DNA of 64,000 nucleotides from Negativicutes bacterium (GTDB lineage Bacteria; Bacillota; JAAYKD01): NCBI GenBank assembly GCA_021372785.1, contig JAJFTT010000004.1, positions 19,891 to 83,890 of the forward strand, read 5' to 3'. Shown piece by piece: positions 59,895 to 64,000 of this stretch (position 1 is its first letter; each line of letters starts with the position of its first letter). The notes under the pieces were generated by a model. It saw only the letters and a program-made list of their open reading frames with translations, ran no database searches and was not told where the DNA came from. The position numbers and the translations under genes were made by a program.

Positions 59895-61226
59895 CTATTT
59901 TTTATCCGCAGCGCGTTTGGCTGTCACATAACCCTTGCCGACCCGCATATAATGCAATAAAGGCAATTTAGCAGGGCAAACATAGGCACAGGCACCGCAT
60001 TCACGGCAATCTAAAATGTTGTACTTTTCAAGCCCGGTCGTATTGCCGGCCGCGGCGTATTTTGCCAGATAAAGCGGCATCAGGCGATAGGCGCAAGCCC
60101 CGATACAGCTGCCGCAGTGGATGCAGTCTGTCATCGGAGCGGGTTGGACTTCCTTTTTGCTCAGTACCAGAATGCCGGTGTTCTGCTTCGTGAAGGGAAT
60201 TTCCGTGCTGAATTGCGGCAGTCCGGTCAGCGGCCCACCCATGATTACGCTGCCCGGCTCTTCCGCATAACCGCCGGCCGCTTCAATTAAGTCGCTGACC
60301 ATACAGCCGACACGCGCCATGAAATTACCCGGTTTTTTGACGGCTCCGGTAACGGTAACCGAACGTTCAATCAACGGCATGCCCGTTTCCATTAAGCGTC
60401 CGACCGCCCAGGCGGTACCGATATTGCAGACCACAATGCCAACATCCAGAGGCAGACCGCCCGAGGGGACCTCGCGGCCGGTAATCGCATAGATCAGCTG
60501 CCGTTCTTCCCCTTGAGGATATTTGGAAACCAGCGGTACCACATCGATCCCTTTCTCCATCAAGACGGCTTTATGCAGTTCTTCGATAGCGCCTTCCATG
60601 GTGATTTTGACACCGATATAGGCATGGCCGGCGCCGGTAGCCTTCAGCAGGGCTTTGATTCCGTCCAGAATCACCGCTGACTGTTCCAGGATGATACGAT
60701 GATCACAGGTTAGATAAGGTTCACATTCGACCCCGTTGATGACCAACATCTCGATCTTTTTTCCCGCCGGTGCGGTCAACTTGGCAGCGGTGGGGAATCC
60801 GGCGCCGCCCATGCCGACAATACCGGCTTCGCGTATCAGACTGCGGATCTCCAGATCGGTCAGCTCTGCCAGGGCTTTGCCCGAACCGATCGGTTCTGCT
60901 TTATTGTCCAGACCATCATTGGCAATGGTAATTGCATTGACAGTTTTCCCATTGGAAAAATTGACCGGACCGATCGCAACCACTTTGCCGGAAACACTGG
61001 AATGAACCGGCGCGCTGATGGCAGCCGGGTGATCCCCGATTTTTTGCCCCATCAGCACCGCATCCCCCACTTTCACCAAAGGTTGACAGGGTGCGCCGAT
61101 GTGCTGCTGCAGCGCAATCACAACCTGTTTGGGAGCAGGCAGCGTGAACAAAGGCATCTGGGATGTCAGTTTGTTTGCCGGAGGATGAATACCGCCTTTA
61201 AATGTCTTTAAGCGCATAAAAGTCAC
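59895..61226 (-). CDS. rnfC: Rnf complex subunit C
   Basis: FKGGIHP, GIVGMGGAGFPT, NGVECEPY and two 4Fe-4S motifs. Confidence 0.95.
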   Translation of the reverse strand: MTFMRLKTFKGGIHPPANKLTSQMPLFTLPAPKQVVIALQQHIGAPCQPLVKVGDAVLMGQKIGDHPAAISAPVHSSVSGKVVAIGPVNFSNGKTVNAITIANDGLDNKAEPIGSGKALAELTDLEIRSLIREAGIVGMGGAGFPTAAKLTAPAGKKIEMLVINGVECEPYLTCDHRIILEQSAVILDGIKALLKATGAGHAYIGVKITMEGAIEELHKAVLMEKGIDVVPLVSKYPQGEERQLIYAITGREVPSGGLPLDVGIVVCNIGTAWAVGRLMETGMPLIERSVTVTGAVKKPGNFMARVGCMVSDLIEAAGGYAEEPGSVIMGGPLTGLPQFSTEIPFTKQNTGILVLSKKEVQPAPMTDCIHCGSCIGACAYRLMPLYLAKYAAAGNTTGLEKYNILDCRECGACAYVCPAKLPLLHYMRVGKGYVTAKRAADKK

Positions 61227-61295
61227 CTCTTACCAAATAATTATGATAAAATCCTAAAAATTTTCATACTTTTACATTATAGCATAGCACTCGTC

Positions 61296-61604
61296 TTATT
61301 GGAATATTATTTTCTCCACAAAATGAGCAGGAATCTGTCTCTTTCGTAAATGCTGATTGCAGATCAGCGCAAGCTCCCCGCGATTTTTGACCCGATAAAC
61401 GATGGTCGGCCAGGGAGGTGTGTGCAGCTGCAGAAAATAAAAAGGCTCGCCGGTCAGCAGATAATCCAGTTCCGGCTCAGGCAAGCAAATCTGTTTTTCC
61501 TTCGACCATTTCAGCATACTTTGCCAAAGCAAAGAAAATTCCTGCGCTTGAGCAAGAGGTATAGAAAAACGGATTTTCTCGACTGTCATTGCTTTTGCAA
61601 GCAA
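61296..61604 (-). CDS. Hypothetical protein
   Basis: 102-aa ORF, co-oriented and 16 bp downstream of the SPOR gene; no family recognised. Confidence 0.55.
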   Translation of the reverse strand: MLAKAMTVEKIRFSIPLAQAQEFSLLWQSMLKWSKEKQICLPEPELDYLLTGEPFYFLQLHTPPWPTIVYRVKNRGELALICNQHLRKRQIPAHFVEKIIFQ

Positions 61605-61620
61605 ACGTTCTCACCTCAAC

Positions 61621-62544
61621 TTATGACGTGCACCAACTGCGCAGTGTCAGGACCGCTTCGATCAACTGCAGCCGCTGATTGGATTGATTGGTTCCGTTGT
61701 CTTGCAGATAAGTCAGCAAGACTTGCAGAGATTGCTGCCAGAACGTCTGTTGTTCCGGACGGCTGAATTGGACCGGCATAGTTTGCAGTGCTTCTGCTCT
61801 CTGCCGGATCACTTCCGGCTGGGCAGCCGGTTCGGCCGACAGACCTGCAGCTAAAATCGCATCAAACTCCTGCACAGCATTGCCGATGGCATCTTGTTTC
61901 TGTTCCGCAAAATTCCGTTTGACGCCAACAGATTTGATCTGCCAGGGCGTGAGATAAGCATCGTTATAACCCTCTGCTTTTAATTGCAGCAAATACGGTT
62001 CCGCTTCCGCCTCACTCAAAAATGCGCCGACCTGCACCGCCACATATTCACCGCTCGCAACTATTCCGGCGGAGAATCCTTTCTCAGCCAGCGCCGCCCG
62101 CTCGGCTTTGGCCCTCTCCTCTGAGGCAATGGTGGCGACCCGAATCGATTGAACCTCATAGGCAGCAAACTGCAGCAGATAAGAGGCGGCCGGGTTCTGC
62201 ACGCCCGGCTGCTGCTGTTCCGGTTTGGCCGCCTGGCTCTCTGTTTTTGCTGCCGGGTTGGCTTGGTTGGCTGGTTTCTGCTCCGTTTGCCGGTGATCGC
62301 TGGATTTTGCGCTGGCGAATTCGGTTAGAAAGGAGAAATATCGCTGAAAATAATTCTTTGCCGTTTGCAGCGTCTGACTGACATCGCTCAGGACAGGGCT
62401 CGAAAAATCCTTGTCAATCCACCTGATCACCAGTGGGCTGAGAAAAAAACCCAGGATTAAGGCTGCCGTCATGCTGATCAGCAAAAGAGAGAAACCGCGA
62501 AAGCCTTTTTTCGCAGGTTTTTTGTGGTGCCTTCCGCGCGGCAT
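61621..62544 (-). CDS. SPOR-domain membrane protein
   Basis: Basic N-terminus, one TM helix, Q/P-rich linker, VQVGAFLSEAEA...LKAEGYNDAY. Confidence 0.8.
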   Translation of the reverse strand: MPRGRHHKKPAKKGFRGFSLLLISMTAALILGFFLSPLVIRWIDKDFSSPVLSDVSQTLQTAKNYFQRYFSFLTEFASAKSSDHRQTEQKPANQANPAAKTESQAAKPEQQQPGVQNPAASYLLQFAAYEVQSIRVATIASEERAKAERAALAEKGFSAGIVASGEYVAVQVGAFLSEAEAEPYLLQLKAEGYNDAYLTPWQIKSVGVKRNFAEQKQDAIGNAVQEFDAILAAGLSAEPAAQPEVIRQRAEALQTMPVQFSRPEQQTFWQQSLQVLLTYLQDNGTNQSNQRLQLIEAVLTLRSWCTS

Positions 62545-62635
62545 GCAGTACCCCTCCTTTTTGACAGGACTTCAAATAGAGAGGCCATCTCAAGCATGGA
62601 GACGGCCCAGACATCAATCCATCAAAACAACCTGT

Positions 62636-63820
62636 TTATTTCCATTCTGTTAAAATTCGTGCCAGAATCTGAATCCCCCGGATGATCTGTTCATCGGTTG
62701 GAGTGGAATAATTCAGACGTAAAGCCTGGGTGGGTTGGCTGGGGTCGGTCAGAAAATTACGGCCCGGTACTACAGCCACCTGATTGCGCAGAGCTTCTTT
62801 GGTAAAGTCAGCCACATCAACGCCTGCCGGAAGCTCACACCAAACAAACAGGCCTCCCTGTGGCACGGTATGAGCCATACTTGGCATCCATTGATCCAAT
62901 TGCGCCAACATCAAATCCGCTTTACGGCGATAGATGGTGCGCAGCTTCTCCAGATGAGCCGGAAAATCATACCGGGTTAACATGCGGTCACAAACCATCT
63001 GCGCTAAGATATTGGTATGGACATCGCTGGCTTGTTTCGCAATGGTCATCTTGGCTGTAATCGGCGCCGGAGCGCAAACATAACCAACCCGGATCCCGGG
63101 TGCAATCACTTTGGAAAAAGTTCCGGCATAAATGACAACACCCTCTTCATCGAACGATTTGATGGCAGCCACCGATTCGCCGGAAAAACGCAATTCACCA
63201 TACGGATTGTCTTCTAAGATCATTACATTGTATTTTACTGCCAGCGCATAGACGGCTTTGCGTTTGGCAAGACTCATGGTCCGTCCGGTTGGGTTCTGGA
63301 AATTGGGAATTAAATAAATCAGTTTGGTTCTGGGATTACTGATCAAAGCCGCTTCCAGCTCCTCCGGGCGGATACCATCCTCTTCCATGGGTAAACCCAC
63401 CAGATTCAGATCATAGGAGCGAAAGGTATTCAAACTGCCGATAAAACTGGGATCTTCACAAATGACGGTATCGCCTTCATTGCAGAGGACTTTGGCAGCA
63501 AAATCCATCACTTGCTGCGCCCCGGAAACAATGTTGATGGCATCAAAATCGCGTCCGATCTGATAGGTCTGCCTGAGATAGTGCGTCAGGGTTTGCCGCA
63601 GAGCAGGATACCCTTCCGATACCGAATACTGCAGTGCAGCGATCGGATTTTCCGCATAAATTTCTTCGGTAAAGCGCACAATCGCTTGCACAGGGAATGC
63701 TTCCGGCGCCGGGTTGCCTGCGGCAAAGGGGATGATTTTTGGATCTGCTGTTGCTTTTAAGATTTCCCGGATCGCTGAAGGCTGCAGCGATGAGATTCGC
63801 TTTGAAAATACATACTCCAT
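62636..63820 (-). CDS. PLP-dependent aminotransferase (class I/II, ARO8/MocR-like without HTH)
   Basis: SAIREIL, FAAGNP, PNFQNPTG, EDNPYGEL and GTFSKVIAPGIRVG motifs; start at ATG 63820. Confidence 0.92.
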   Translation of the reverse strand: MEYVFSKRISSLQPSAIREILKATADPKIIPFAAGNPAPEAFPVQAIVRFTEEIYAENPIAALQYSVSEGYPALRQTLTHYLRQTYQIGRDFDAINIVSGAQQVMDFAAKVLCNEGDTVICEDPSFIGSLNTFRSYDLNLVGLPMEEDGIRPEELEAALISNPRTKLIYLIPNFQNPTGRTMSLAKRKAVYALAVKYNVMILEDNPYGELRFSGESVAAIKSFDEEGVVIYAGTFSKVIAPGIRVGYVCAPAPITAKMTIAKQASDVHTNILAQMVCDRMLTRYDFPAHLEKLRTIYRRKADLMLAQLDQWMPSMAHTVPQGGLFVWCELPAGVDVADFTKEALRNQVAVVPGRNFLTDPSQPTQALRLNYSTPTDEQIIRGIQILARILTEWK

Positions 63821-64000
63821 ATCAAATCCACTCCTACTCTGTTTAGATTCCAATGCTACCATGATTCGTCTTTGCTTTGATTCTTTCCTTCCTTCGGCCA
63901 GAAAATAAGCCGCCCGAATCAACCAAACGCTGAACAATAAAGCAAGGCTCCCCTGCGGTCTTGGCAGATGCCGATTGCTGCCATAACCGGCTGGGGAGCC

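Noticed and set aside
61230-61270. Rex operator upstream of rnfC
   Set aside because: Only a loose AT-rich dyad (TATGA...TCATA) that does not match TTGTTAA-N4-TTAACAA.

Overview
Ordinary-looking chromosomal segment of an anaerobic Bacillota (Clostridia-like) genome, with no prophage, CRISPR array or integrase. Housekeeping blocks: rpmB | fakA-recG-rsmD-ylbL | tmcAL | yceD-rpmF-plsX-acpP-rnc; murT-gatD; a DD-carboxypeptidase; oppD/oppF; topB; a split GlnK/GlnL-type two-component system; non-discriminating aspS; polA; purC; clpB with a CtsR box; dCMP deaminase-tagO-wecB-murA; and an rnf operon. There are 12 tRNA genes. The only mobile element is a class IIC group II intron (about 25668-27576, minus strand), inserted right behind an intrinsic terminator, with a thrice-broken RT gene. 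Most unusual signals: (1) the intron has an intact catalytic domain V but a perfectly paired domain VI with no branch-point adenosine, plus a non-canonical 5' end; (2) the rnf operon reads C-D-E-A-B with rnfD and rnfE overlapping, so rnfG is cleanly missing; (3) 5 of 12 tRNA genes have C instead of the near-invariant U55; (4) a creatininase gene, a degenerate MetH-type pterin-binding domain gene and a histidine kinase gene are co-oriented, the last two overlapping; (5) a membrane-anchored protein resembling a polymorphic-toxin C-terminal domain sits divergent from an orphan DNA methyltransferase. Several conserved neighbours are absent (coaD, asp23/yloU, the atp operon), and there are unannotated pseudogenes (Fic/Doc, a GrpB-GNAT chimera, a LysR stump). 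All family assignments come from motif recognition by eye; no database search was run.
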